64,000 nucleotides of DNA from Phaeosaccion multiseriatum (lineage: Eukaryota; Protista; Ochrophyta, other classes): positions 2,976,001-3,040,000 of the forward strand of contig OZ218962.1 of NCBI GenBank assembly GCA_965112735.1, in the 5' to 3' direction. The first letter of the stretch is position 1. Every line of letters begins with the position of its first letter. The notes below the pieces were generated by a model that did no database searches, was not told the origin of the DNA, and was given only the letters and a program-made list of their open reading frames with translations. This document shows positions 34,702 through 45,252 of this stretch, one piece after another. The translations under genes and the position numbers were made by a program.

Positions 34702-36068
34702 GCAGGAGGAGCGAGAAGGCAGAGGCGAGTCGCTCGCCTACCTGGCCCCCACCGCAAGGCTCCTGCGGCCCACCTATTCCGAGCACTTACTGATGCCTTG
34801 AGCCCAGCGATCATTCCAAAAGTAATCTCAGCGCTCTCTTCTCTCCTAAAGGGGGGGGGGATCTCTCTTTGATCTCTTCCTCTTCCTCTTTGTTGCGTTG
34901 CTCTGATTGGCCCAGTTTTGCTCCGCCTCGCTGACTCATGCCGCCGCCGGAATGAGTGAGGCGCAACCCCCTCCGATGTGGTCCAAGCGGCACATTGGCG
35001 CAGGCCCCCAGCCACCCGCGGCGTCGCGAATGCCTTGCTTGGCTTGCCCTCCTCTTCGGTCCTCCCTGTCTCGTGATTCCCGCAGGGCTGGAGCTCAAAA
35101 GACCGGCCCGAGACAAGCCGTGTCCCTGATGGGATCGACTATCGATTACAATCGACTGAGTCGCGCAGCACAGGCTTCGGAGGCAGAGGCAGATAGACAG
35201 GAATGCACACACGACTAGTGAAGCAAGAAGCAAGAGTGAAAGTGGAACGGTTGGGGGAGAGAAGCGAGCGAGGGAGCAAGACATGCCGCAGGCCCAGCTA
35301 CCATTGGAGACGTCCCGGCTATCCAGCCAGTGCCATCCACCCAGTGCTATCCAGCCAGTGATAGACCAGGAGGAGGCCCAAGAACGGCCGGCCGGGTGAG
35401 CCTGCGGAGCCGGTGTGGGTTTCAATTTGATGGCACCTCTCCTTCGTATCCCTCATTTCAAGCGCTTGGCTGCTGACCTGCAGAGGTGACTGACTGTGCA
35501 TGGGGTAGAATGGGCACAGAGATACGCACAGAGGACCCTGACGGAAAGTTGTCGGAGATCAACCATCCACAAACTGAAACTGAAACTGCCCAACGTCCTC
35601 CTCCCTACACCTCTCTCTCTCTCTCTGTGTGGCTGGTTCTTGAATGGCTTATGACAGCCAGGCGTAGAGTTTGCGTACAGCTGTGGATCCTCCTGCTTGC
35701 AATGTGTAGCGGCCGGGCGGTGCGGGTAGGCCTTAACAGTCTCAAGAGACCGAGAAATAGGAGCACAACCTGGCCAGCTATGCTTAGTACGGGAAGCAGC
35801 AGCAACAGCAACAGCAGCAGCAGCTGCAGTTGGAAGCCTCCTTTGTTTAGGAGTGAGTCGGTGGGGGTGGTGGGAAGCTGTGCATTTGTTAGCACCAGCA
35901 CCTGTCTTCCAAGCTTTCGACGAGGCATGAACAGGAGGAAGGAGGGGAGAGGTGAGTGCTTGCTTTGCAATTGCGCTGTGGACAGCCAGGGGAAGGGCGG
36001 CGAGACTATAGCCTCCATTTCACTAGTACCCCCATCCCAATGAAAGAGAAACTCGACATCAAATAATA

Positions 36069-37013
36069 ATGGCCTTCTCTGTTTTAATTTCTCTGTTCTG
36101 CTCCTTTCCTTCTCCTTCTTCTCTCTGCTCTTGTCCCTCCCTACCCTCTCTTCTTCCAGTTGGTCTGGCATCCTCCGCTGTAGATGCAAGTAGTTTCTCA
36201 ACGGCCACGATAGACGGAGACTGCAACGTGAGGCCGCCTCCCTACACGGACTTCAGCACCGGCGAGCACAGCACGAGAGCGCACCCGTGCGCTTCTCACC
36301 TTCAACACTCACACATACTGTGGGAAAGCGTGGTGAGGCCGGGAGATACTGTGATTGACTGCACGGCAGGAAACGGCAATGACAGCGTCCGCCTGGGGAA
36401 GATGCTGGGGCTGGGGCCCTCAGCGCATACCTCAGATTCACTGCGGAAGCTACAGCAAGAGGGCGGGGAGGGGTGGAGCAGTAGCAAGAATCTCAGTGAC
36501 GGCACAGCCAGTACACTCCACGTTATTGACATTCAGCAAACGGCCATCGACGGCACGCGAGAGAGACTGGAGCGCGAGTTCGGCGCGGCAACTGTGAGTC
36601 AACACATTGTCACCACAGTGGGAAACTTCGCCCACACACTGCCCCTGCTGCCCCTCCCCCGCTGCTCGGTCAAGCTCATCGTCTACAACCTTGGCTACTT
36701 GCCGGGTAGCGCCAAGGAGACATCCTTTACCACAAACCCCAGCGACACACTGCAAAGCCTCGAGCACGCGCTGACTCTGGTGGGCATAGGAGGCATGGTC
36801 AGTGTCATGTGCTACCGAGGGCACGAGGGAGGGCAGGCGGAGTGTGATGCGGTGAGAAAGTGGGCAGAGGGGTTGGACAAGCGGCGCTTTAGAGCCTTTG
36901 TCCACGAGCGCCTCAATAGCCCTTTGTCTCCGTCGCTCATCACCGTCTTTCGGCCGGGACCGCAGGGCACAACCATGAGCGAGGCGTGCTTGCCCTCTCC
37001 TGTCATGGAGTGA
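36069..37013 (+). CDS. YtqB/MnmM-like SAM-dependent RNA methyltransferase with a probable organelle-targeting N-terminus
   Basis: VIDCTAGNGND, IDIQ..AI..T, YNLGYLPG and YRGHEGG.AE motifs; hydrophobic then Ser-rich leader. Confidence 0.85.
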   Translation: MAFSVLISLFCSFPSPSSLCSCPSLPSLLPVGLASSAVDASSFSTATIDGDCNVRPPPYTDFSTGEHSTRAHPCASHLQHSHILWESVVRPGDTVIDCTAGNGNDSVRLGKMLGLGPSAHTSDSLRKLQQEGGEGWSSSKNLSDGTASTLHVIDIQQTAIDGTRERLEREFGAATVSQHIVTTVGNFAHTLPLLPLPRCSVKLIVYNLGYLPGSAKETSFTTNPSDTLQSLEHALTLVGIGGMVSVMCYRGHEGGQAECDAVRKWAEGLDKRRFRAFVHERLNSPLSPSLITVFRPGPQGTTMSEACLPSPVME

Positions 37014-38875
37014 AGTCAGTGCAGAGCACCAGCGGGAGGGGGAGGGGGAGAGGCTCTGTCTGTATTCAACCCGCAGGGACCCGCAGGGACCCGCAGGGAC
37101 CCGCAGGGGGGCAAGTTGAAGGTTCGTTCTGAGCAGAGGCAACACCGCAGCACTACTACGGTCTTTCTGTGGCCTTCTTGTCATCAACAAGGCAGGCGGA
37201 GAGCGACACCTTCCTGGTAGATATCACAGACTGAGCACGAAACCATCGGATACGGCGCCCTATCTCTTTTCCTCTCTCCCTCCTTTCCTTCCTTCCTTCC
37301 TTCCTTCTTGTGTTTGGGAGGTGGAAGCCGGTGTTGATGGGGCTGCCGCCTCGGACTCTGTGCCCGGAGGTGGGGGGGGGCACACGGCACATGCACACAC
37401 GGCGCGTGATGGGGTGGCGGAGCGAAGCTCTTCTCGTTCCCCTGAGCGCTGTGGTCAATGGACGCGTGAGGGAAGTAGTAGGTCGCAGCAGTGATCTGAT
37501 GATGATGACGATGATGACTGCGGTTGTGTGTGGCCTTTGTGTCACGAAACGGCACGTGAAGGGTCGGGTCAGTCCAAGTCTTGCCGTGGGAGTGTACGTG
37601 CGCCTGGGAAAGGAGCGCCCCTCAGTAGCATACTCCCAGCACACAGGGTTTCTGTAACTGTCGGAAGCTAAAAGGGTGGGCGCGGTTGGGGCACAGAAAC
37701 AGAACACAAGCCCTCCTGCGAGGTCGTTAAAATCGCGGTTGAGTGCCCCCCTGAGGCCGATTTGAGTCAACCCTTAACGGATTTTGAAAGGGGATTATTG
37801 ACCATACTTGAACCACCTTTGAAGGCCCTTGAGCAGACTTTTGAGCGCGTGCTGTGCTGTGGGTGGTGGTGTGGCGAAGGGGGGCTGCTGTAGGCTAAGG
37901 TTGAGGGTGTATCTGTTCTGGCGGCAAAAAGGTGATCAAACTTGGGTCAGAGGGAAATGGGCGTTGTAAGCCGCCGGGGGGAGCTGCATCATCGGCCTTG
38001 AGAAATTGAGAAAATACGAAAATACATCGGTCGCCCGTATGCCTCTAATTCGTTGACTTTTGTACGAGAGAAGGAAGTGGGGATAGTGGGAGGAGGAACA
38101 GCAGCAGCGGTAGCAGCAACTTCATCAAAGTAGTTCACTCTTTCCCCTCTTTAAGCTACTTCTCTAGGGGTTTCCCTTTAGCTCCATAAGGAGAGACCCC
38201 AGACGGCATTTTCAGCAGCAGGCAGCAGCAGCAGCAGCAGCAAGGCGTGCAAAGGGCAGACGTCGCCACTGTCTACAAAGAGAGGCTTCCCGTTAGCTCA
38301 AGTCAAGAGGAGAAACGAGAGAGTGTTACCGAGCTTGACTCCCAACGGAAGTAGCAGCAGTGACAAAAGCAGTGGCAGGAGGAGCAGCAACAGCAGGGCG
38401 TTCGAGTATTTCAAAGACACCACTGGAGCCTTGGGGGGAAGCTATGCCAGGAGTGTGTAAAGTTGAGGGGTGTCAAAAGTATTCGCAGCAGGGAGGATTG
38501 TGTACGTCTCATGGAGGTGTGAGGAAGAAGTGTTCTGTCGAGGGGTGTGAAATGTATATTAGAGCTTATGGGCTCAGTATTGGAGCGCTCGAGGTAAGTT
38601 GTAACCATGTGTAAATGCGTGTATGTGTGGTATTGATGGAGCGTGATGTGGAGGGGAAGAGGATGGTAAGGGTGGTAGAGTAGAGGATAATGGGGAATGG
38701 GAAGGGAGTGAGGGGGGGAGGAGGAGATGAAGGGGTGTGGGAAGGAGTGAGGTGGTGGAGGTGATATGTGAACTATCCTACTGTGGGTGGTGCGGGTGAC
38801 AAGGCGTGACTAACTGTGGTTGCTATGCTGTGTGCTGATGGTCTCGCTGTCTGCTGGCTGGTGTACTCCTGCTCC

Positions 38876-41800
38876 TCAGGCGGCCGCTCCGTCGATGGCT
38901 CCCATGAGCCCCCAGTCGAGGGTTTCTGCTGCTTCGTGCTGCGTCATCGTGGCTCGAAGGAGGGTGCCATACCTGATCTCCCGCTGTGAGAGGGCGCGTT
39001 GAAGGGCGAGGGACAGTTGTTGGCGCAGGAGGCCCTTGATGGGGCCCGTGGCTGCCGCCGCTGCGGGGCCGAGCCCTCTTGATGCCTTGTGGATGGCCAT
39101 CGCCTCGATGAGCTCGGCCGTTTGGTGGCCCAGTCTGCCGTACGTCTCGATTGCAATGCACTTCAGGGTTGAAGTCCCGGGCAGAAAACTGCCCAGGTAG
39201 TGAATGCGCTTGCGCTCTTCGGCGGCGGCTGCTGCGTGGCCTGGCGTGGTGGAGGCCCGTCCCACGTGGGTGGGGGCGGTGGGGTTGGTGACGGTGATGT
39301 CGCAGAGGAGGTTTCTCCGCAGGGGTGCGTCCGCTCCCGGGAAGCTACCTGCGGGATAGGTCAGATCCATGCGTAGGTCTCGGCCTGCTCGGGTGCCCGT
39401 GGGGCCGTCGAAGCAGGTCTGGTCCTCTACACGTGCTCCTCCAATGCCCACGCTGTGCATCATCCTCCCGAAGGCCTTGACGAGGAGGTGGTGTGTGTGG
39501 TTGTGGAGGCCGGTGCGGGGGCAGATGGTGGCGTGGGTGGTGCTTGCCGTGCGGGCGCAGCCTGTGCCGAGGCAGGGTGGGGGCGGGTCCGCGTATGGCG
39601 TGTTGACACCGAGGTTGCGACGAAGGGCCATGGTCCATTCTGCGGGGGCCATGGTGTTGTGGCCGTGGGGGAGCGCTCCGAGGAAGGCCATGGCGCCCCT
39701 TCCTCGCTGTGAGTGGAGTCGGGCTGTTGCCATTTCCTGTGTCTCCTCTCCCCTCTGTGCCTCTGCCGGTGTGACGTCGATGGTGGCGATGCTCTGCGTC
39801 AGCTCCTCATGGCGGCGTTTGTGGATGAAGGTGGTGAGGGCCTTCTGGACGCCGTGGGTCGGTTGACGGCCTGCCTGATGGGTCCTGCGCACGTTGCGTC
39901 GCGCTGTGTCTTGGGCTTGGTGGTCAGGCGGCTCGAGTACGCGTGAGCGGGCCTCGTCGAACTGTGCCTGACCCACTGCTTGGATGAGGGGGGCCTCAGG
40001 GACCCCCTCCTCGTGCAGGAGGTTGACGCTGTCGGCGACGCTCTTGAGGGCTCCGTTGGTGAACAGCTGGTCCGGTAGGGCGCTCTCTTGGGAGCCGTCC
40101 CGGCGTGCGGTGCGGCTGAGCAGGGGGGGGAGGGTGAGCATCTTGTTGCCAAGGTATGCTGCGGGGGCGATGTCGTGGAGGCTGGTGAGGCCGAGGCCGC
40201 CGAAGCGCCGTGCCGTATGCATTTGTAGGCGCTGTGTCTCCGTCCATGGCTCCTCTTGTGCATCTGCGGCCTGCTCCAGAGGGGGGGCATCGGGGAGTCG
40301 CATGATGTGGGCCAGTGTCGCCCTGTTGGTGCGGTCTGCCCTGCTGCCGAGGGCGCGTCGGAAGATGGAGGGGTCAATGGCTCTCGCCAGGTGTGTGAGC
40401 CTGGCTGGGAGGCATTGGAGGAGGACGAGGGTGGCCGCCTGGGTGTTGTCCCACTCGCTGCAGTGTTTGGCGAGTTGGAGGTAGCCCCTGGGGTCTTCTT
40501 GGCCGAGGATGTTGCGGAGGTACTCTTCGATGTACTCCTCCGTGCCGACGGGGATGCCGGCTACCACGGTACCCTCGGTGGCAAGTGTGGCGCCCTGCCG
40601 TTGGGCGTGGTCCCTGTCAGCCTGTGTTGGCTGCTTGCCTTTGCCCATGAGGTAAACCGTTTTCCTCTCGTTGAACTCGAGGCCCAAGCCTCGGAATTGG
40701 GCTTGGAGATGGGCATGGCGTGGGGCGTAGGTCTGTAGGGGTGCGTCGGGTTCCAGCTGGTCCATGAGGTCGTCTGCGTAGGCGGAGATGGTGGGGCGGT
40801 TCGCTGCGGTGTCGGCTGTGTTCTGAACTTTCAGCACTGGGTGGATGGCGGCTGCGAACATGAGAGGCCCTTCTGGTGCTCCTTGGTTGACTCCGGAGCT
40901 CTGGTGGATGGTCTGGGTGCCGTCTGGTGTGAGGGCGTTGTGGGCGGAGGCGTGGGAGAGGCTGGCGATGGCGTAGTTGATGCCTGCTGGGTCGATGGTA
41001 GGGAGTGCGCCTGAGGCTAGGACGCCTCTGGCACGCGACACGCGGGTGTAGGCCTTGGTGATGTCATGCAGCACGACGGTTTTGCCGGCATCGTGCGCTA
41101 GCTGGGCTGCTGCGGCGTGTGTTTCCCCTCCGCCTCTGACCGCTACCGCTAGCTGTCCTGCGCTTCTGAGCTCTGGGCCCACCCTGTCCGCGATGAGCTT
41201 CATGTGACAGCTCTCCACGAGGCTGCGGTAGAGGTTGGGGGATGTCACAGGACGCGCTTTCTCGCCGAGGGCTGCGGCGCTGGTGCTGAACCACCGTTTG
41301 GCGAGCTGTGGAGGCAGTGGAGTGTCCCCCGTTCGGAGCAGCTCGTAGGTGTCAGTCAGAGCCTCCACGATTGCGTACTCCTGGGGGCTGTCCGGGGGGT
41401 ACTTGACGTGGCTCGCCCTGCGCCCGTCTGCTCCTTGGCCCTTCCAGTAGTTGACCCTCCGGTAGGTCAGCAGCATGGCTGTGCTGATCTCCTCTCTGGT
41501 GACGTCGTTGCCATTCTCGGGGTGCTCCTGCACCTGGGTTCTGGCGTACTCCCTGGCTGCTGTTGCTGCTGTGTTGATCTCTTCGAGGCTCTCGTCGACG
41601 TGCGCTTGCTGGAGGCGTCGAAAGGTCTCGTGTGTGGGAGGGAGGTGGCCGTCTCTGCTCTTTGTGCTGAGCCTCGCCGCGGCCTTGTGCAGGCCTCCGG
41701 GTTTGGTGAGCAGGTGGGCGCAGGTTTCTCTCCGTCGCTCCTCTGTCTGTGCCTGTGCTGGGGGTGGTGGGCGGCGTGCGTGTGCTGTGGCGATCGCTGC

Positions 41801-44113
41801 TTGTGCGAGTGGGGCGATGTCGAGGTCGAGGACCATCTGTATCCGCTGCTGGCGGCTGTAGGCTCCGTCTTTAGAGAAGAGCATGGCAGGGAGGAGGTGG
41901 TGGAAGACATCCCATGCCAGAAGGGTGTGGAGGGTGGCGTCGGTGGGTCCGTTCTTGTGGGCCCTCAGCGCCCTGTTCCAGTTGTTGAGCGCTCTTTGCT
42001 GTAAGCTGATAATCAAGCTTACGTGGCGGGGGTTGCACTGCGCTACTGTCTCAAACACGAGTGTTGAGAGGATGGTACCCTGCGGGTCCAGGGCCCCTAG
42101 GCGGAGGATGTTTGGGTGCTGCATGGGCCATCCTTCCTCGGGTGTATCGTCGTTGGCTGGCCCTTCTCCGTCCCCTCCGTCCCCGCCGCTACCTCCTTGG
42201 CCTCTGCTCCGTCCTCCTCCCCCTCGTCTCGCTGCTGCTGCTGTGGTTCCTTGCGTGCGTGTGCTATCTCCCCCTGCCCTTTCTCTCTGAGGTCCCCTCT
42301 CTGCTGCTGCTCCTTGTCCGTTTCCTTCCCCCCTCCCTCGTCCTCCTCTTCGTCCTTCTACTCCACTTGGCGCTGCTGCGATTGCTCCTCCTCCTCCTCC
42401 TCCTCCTCCTTCCGCGTGCCCTCGCCCTCCTCCTCTGCCCGTGGGGGTGGTGGGTTGGTACGGGTTGAGCCTGGCCGTTGCTGTCGTGTGCTGGGGCGTT
42501 GCCGTACGCGACGGGTCCTCGTTTGGGTCTGGGCCTAGATAGGCGTTCTCGAGGTCGTTGAGGGGGCCTTGGTAGGCCGATGCTGCGTTGCCTTGGGTGA
42601 GGATGGTCCTGAGGGCGGGGATGGCTCGTTGAGCTTGGTAGCCAGCCATGCAGCCTTGCGCGGGGCAGGGGAGGTTGCCTGGTGGTATGACGGGCTGCTG
42701 GTTGGCTCTCCTCAGTGTGGCTTGGTCGTTCAGGTGGTGAAGGAGGCACGCGGGGTGAACGGTGTGTTGGCAGCGTCGGGTGCGTACTGGCCACTCCGTG
42801 GTTGGTGCGATGAAAGGGGGGTCCGCGTCAGACATGCATATGCAGCATATCGGGGCTGGGGGGGCGGTAGGTTGGGGTGGGGGTGTGTGTCGGGTGGTGG
42901 GGGGTGGCTGGGACTGGCGGCGCCGTCCTTGGCTGGCCTGCGCGTGCTGCTGATGCGACTCTCTGCGCTCCCTCGCTAGGCGATCCCTTGCGCGGCCCAT
43001 AGCTCTCCCTCCTTGTGCTGTGATGGCCTGCTCGATCGTGTGCCGGTAGCAGGGGTTGCGGCAGTAGGGGCAGAGGTGGTCGTTGCGGTTGGGGTACGTG
43101 CTCATGACTCCCAATGCGCAGTGGTTGTGCACGTGATGTTCGTCTTCGTGCATGGCGACTTGTGCTTGGCCAGTGAGCGGTTCCATACACACCGGGCAGT
43201 TGGGTAGCTCCTCGTTGTTGGTGGGGTCGCCTCCTCCTTCTGCTTCGTCACCTCCTCCCTCTGCTTGCCCTTCCCCTCCTTCTGCCGCTGCTTCCCGTGC
43301 CAGTGCTGGGCGCTCTCCTCCGCCTCTGCTGTTTTCGCCCTCTCCCCCCCCTGCTACTACTCTTCCGTCGCGGTCTCCTCGTCCCCCTCCCCTGTGTCCC
43401 GCTCGCTCTCCTCTCCCTTCTCCCTCCGGGTCGTGCTCCCGTGTAGTGTCTGTCCCACCTGCTCTTGTCGGTGGGGGCATGCTGCGAGCTCGTGGTGGGA
43501 TGGTTGACGATGCCGGGAGGTGTGCTGCTTCGTATGCTCGTATGCATGTGTGGCATATGGGCTGCCGTAGGCCTGCTTGCGGGAAGCTTCTGAGGAGGGA
43601 TCTGCCGGAGTTTCTGTGGGCCAGGTTGCCGCATCCACGTATACAGTCACGTAGCTGATACGTTCTGTTCTGTAGTCCGCTCTGTGGGCCGTTGGCGCGG
43701 TACCACAGGATTGACGCGGCCTGGGGGTGGTGTTCGCGCATCCATCGTTCCCACTCTCGGCCGCGGTTGGGGTGGTGGCTCAACTGGTGCCTGTTGAGGC
43801 GGTCTCTGGACCTGCCGACCGTGACGAAGGTGTCATTGCACTGTTCGAAGTTGCAGAGGACTCCCGTGGCGATGTAGTTGTTGTCAATGTTCCTGCGGTA
43901 CGCTGTGGTGTTGTTGTGGGTGTCGTCCGTCTGTGGCGTGGTTGTGTCACTTTGGGTGGGGGTGTTGGCGGTCCTGGTGCGGTTCCCCGGGGGGCCTGCC
44001 TCGTGCGTAAGGCGAGGGCTTGCCCCGGCGCCCACCACGGTGTGGCCATGGTGTTGGCGAAGGGGGAGGTGGTGGTGTTGTTGGTGTGGTCGCGTAGGGC
44101 GTGGCCGTAGCGC
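38876..44113 (-). CDS. Retrotransposon polyprotein frame: C2H2 finger, 2 RING fingers, reverse transcriptase, CCHC knuckle, restriction-like endonuclease
   Basis: DITKAYTRVSR, SGVNQGAPEGPLMFA, SAYADD (YADD 40780-40769), RRFGGLGL, CLGTGC-x7-H-x3-C (39521-39574), RMDL..LCDITVTNP..AEERKRIHY..IAIETYGRLG; frame open from 44113. Confidence 0.93.
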   Translation of the reverse strand, partial: ALRPRPTRPHQQHHHLPLRQHHGHTVVGAGASPRLTHEAGPPGNRTRTANTPTQSDTTTPQTDDTHNNTTAYRRNIDNNYIATGVLCNFEQCNDTFVTVGRSRDRLNRHQLSHHPNRGREWERWMREHHPQAASILWYRANGPQSGLQNRTYQLRDCIRGCGNLAHRNSGRSLLRSFPQAGLRQPICHTCIRAYEAAHLPASSTIPPRARSMPPPTRAGGTDTTREHDPEGEGRGERAGHRGGGRGDRDGRVVAGGGEGENSRGGGERPALAREAAAEGGEGQAEGGGDEAEGGGDPTNNEELPNCPVCMEPLTGQAQVAMHEDEHHVHNHCALGVMSTYPNRNDHLCPYCRNPCYRHTIEQAITAQGGRAMGRARDRLARERRESHQQHAQASQGRRRQSQPPPTTRHTPPPQPTAPPAPICCICMSDADPPFIAPTTEWPVRTRRCQHTVHPACLLHHLNDQATLRRANQQPVIPPGNLPCPAQGCMAGYQAQRAIPALRTILTQGNAASAYQGPLNDLENAYLGPDPNEDPSRTATPQHTTATARLNPYQPTTPTGRGGGRGHAEGGGGGGGGAIAAAPSGVEGRRGGRGRGEGNGQGAAAERGPQRERAGGDSTRTQGTTAAAARRGGGGRSRGQGGSGGDGGDGEGPANDDTPEEGWPMQHPNILRLGALDPQGTILSTLVFETVAQCNPRHVSLIISLQQRALNNWNRALRAHKNGPTDATLHTLLAWDVFHHLLPAMLFSKDGAYSRQQRIQMVLDLDIAPLAQAAIATAHARRPPPPAQAQTEERRRETCAHLLTKPGGLHKAAARLSTKSRDGHLPPTHETFRRLQQAHVDESLEEINTAATAAREYARTQVQEHPENGNDVTREEISTAMLLTYRRVNYWKGQGADGRRASHVKYPPDSPQEYAIVEALTDTYELLRTGDTPLPPQLAKRWFSTSAAALGEKARPVTSPNLYRSLVESCHMKLIADRVGPELRSAGQLAVAVRGGGETHAAAAQLAHDAGKTVVLHDITKAYTRVSRARGVLASGALPTIDPAGINYAIASLSHASAHNALTPDGTQTIHQSSGVNQGAPEGPLMFAAAIHPVLKVQNTADTAANRPTISAYADDLMDQLEPDAPLQTYAPRHAHLQAQFRGLGLEFNERKTVYLMGKGKQPTQADRDHAQRQGATLATEGTVVAGIPVGTEEYIEEYLRNILGQEDPRGYLQLAKHCSEWDNTQAATLVLLQCLPARLTHLARAIDPSIFRRALGSRADRTNRATLAHIMRLPDAPPLEQAADAQEEPWTETQRLQMHTARRFGGLGLTSLHDIAPAAYLGNKMLTLPPLLSRTARRDGSQESALPDQLFTNGALKSVADSVNLLHEEGVPEAPLIQAVGQAQFDEARSRVLEPPDHQAQDTARRNVRRTHQAGRQPTHGVQKALTTFIHKRRHEELTQSIATIDVTPAEAQRGEETQEMATARLHSQRGRGAMAFLGALPHGHNTMAPAEWTMALRRNLGVNTPYADPPPPCLGTGCARTASTTHATICPRTGLHNHTHHLLVKAFGRMMHSVGIGGARVEDQTCFDGPTGTRAGRDLRMDLTYPAGSFPGADAPLRRNLLCDITVTNPTAPTHVGRASTTPGHAAAAAEERKRIHYLGSFLPGTSTLKCIAIETYGRLGHQTAELIEAMAIHKASRGLGPAAAAATGPIKGLLRQQLSLALQRALSQREIRYGTLLRATMTQHEAAETLDWGLMGAIDGAAA

Positions 44114-45252
44114 TCAACGATGGCTTGGACGTCGGGTAATACCGCGATGAGTTCCTCCTGTCGTGAGGCGGTGATGTAGTCGTTGACCAACTCGTTGGAG
44201 GTGATCTCTTGGCCTGCGAGCGTGTGGGCATAGGCCTCCACGATCTGTTGCCATCCAAGGGGGTAATCTCCTCCCCCATGTGGTCTTCCGGGGGTGGTGG
44301 GGGGGCCTCCGCTCCTTAGAGCTTGTCTGAGGAGGGGCATATAGAAGTGCGAGTTGGTAGGCGGGAGCGCCGCGTCGCGCTGGTGGCGTATGGTGTTGCT
44401 CCATGTCGTTGGTGCGTGTCCATGCGTGTCTGTTTCGAGTGATGCTGTCTCTTCCTCGTGCGTCGTGGGGGGTGGTCGTACGAGGTCGGCGATGGCCTCG
44501 GCCGTGTTGTGGTGGGTCAGTTCCGTCGCGGTGAGGTTTAGGCTTGCGAACTCAGCGCTGATGCGTCGGCTGGCGGATGCTGGCGCTTGTTCGTTGAAGA
44601 AGAGGTTCGGGTGTTGCCGTATGGGGGTCGTGGCTGTGAGGTGGGTGTCTTCGTATTCGTCTTGGAGGATGGAGACGATTTGCTCTGTGATCCCGTGTGC
44701 GTTTCTGTGAGTTGACGCGTTGGTGGTTTGGGCTGGATCTGAGGCTCGGAAAGTGGCGGTTGGCCTTTCCGGGCTGCGTGCTCGGGGGGTCCTGCTTCGT
44801 CCCCTTGGCCTCGTGGTTGGCTGCATGGGTGCTGGGCTGGTCGCTGTGGGGGGTGGTGCTGTTGTAGGGCCTGTTGTCTCGCTGGCGGGCGTGGTAGATC
44901 TCCTGGCGGCTGGTGCTGTTTGTTGCCGTGTCGTTGAGATCGGTTGTGGTTGCTGCTGCTGGGGGTGGGCTTCCGCTGCTGTTGCTGTGGGTTCCGTGAG
45001 TGCTGGTGGGAGCTGTGGGTCCTGCGGGAGGGTGTTGCGGGGTGCTGCGGCCGCTGGTGGAGCCGTGATGGGGGTGGGCACGCCTTCCCGTGCTGGTGTT
45101 TGGCGAATTGCTGCTGCCGCTGCCCGTCTCTCCCTTCTTTCGAGCCGCTGCTGATCGCGGCTCATAGGTGGCTCCTGCTGGGTTGCTGTGAGGTTTGCTG
45201 GTGTCTCCTGGGCTCCGGGGGGCCGCGTGGCCCCCCTGTCGTCCCCTTCCAT
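43780..45252 (-). CDS. Retrotransposon upstream ORF (ORF1, or the frameshifted N-terminus of the polyprotein)
   Basis: 490-aa Pro/Thr-rich ORF starting GCCACCATGG; overlaps the RT frame, which is in the -1 frame. Confidence 0.7.
   Translation of the reverse strand: MEGDDRGATRPPGAQETPANLTATQQEPPMSRDQQRLERRERRAAAAAIRQTPAREGVPTPITAPPAAAAPRNTLPQDPQLPPALTEPTATAAEAHPQQQQPQPISTTRQQTAPAARRSTTPASETTGPTTAPPPTATSPAPMQPTTRPRGRSRTPRARSPERPTATFRASDPAQTTNASTHRNAHGITEQIVSILQDEYEDTHLTATTPIRQHPNLFFNEQAPASASRRISAEFASLNLTATELTHHNTAEAIADLVRPPPTTHEEETASLETDTHGHAPTTWSNTIRHQRDAALPPTNSHFYMPLLRQALRSGGPPTTPGRPHGGGDYPLGWQQIVEAYAHTLAGQEITSNELVNDYITASRQEELIAVLPDVQAIVERYGHALRDHTNNTTTSPFANTMATPWWAPGQALALRTRQAPRGTAPGPPTPPPKVTQPRHRRTTPTTTPQRTAGTLTTTTSPRESSATSNSAMTPSSRSAGPETASTGTS

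Noticed and set aside
34800-36201. ORFs 35605..36201(-), 35486..36043(+) and 34811..35425(-)
   Set aside because: No recognisable motifs or convincing exon structure; cannot be supported as genes.
20890-44113. FNIP hypervariability plus a nearby RT as a diversity-generating retroelement
   Set aside because: The RT is a non-LTR RLE type, no template repeat is visible and the variation is not adenine-restricted.
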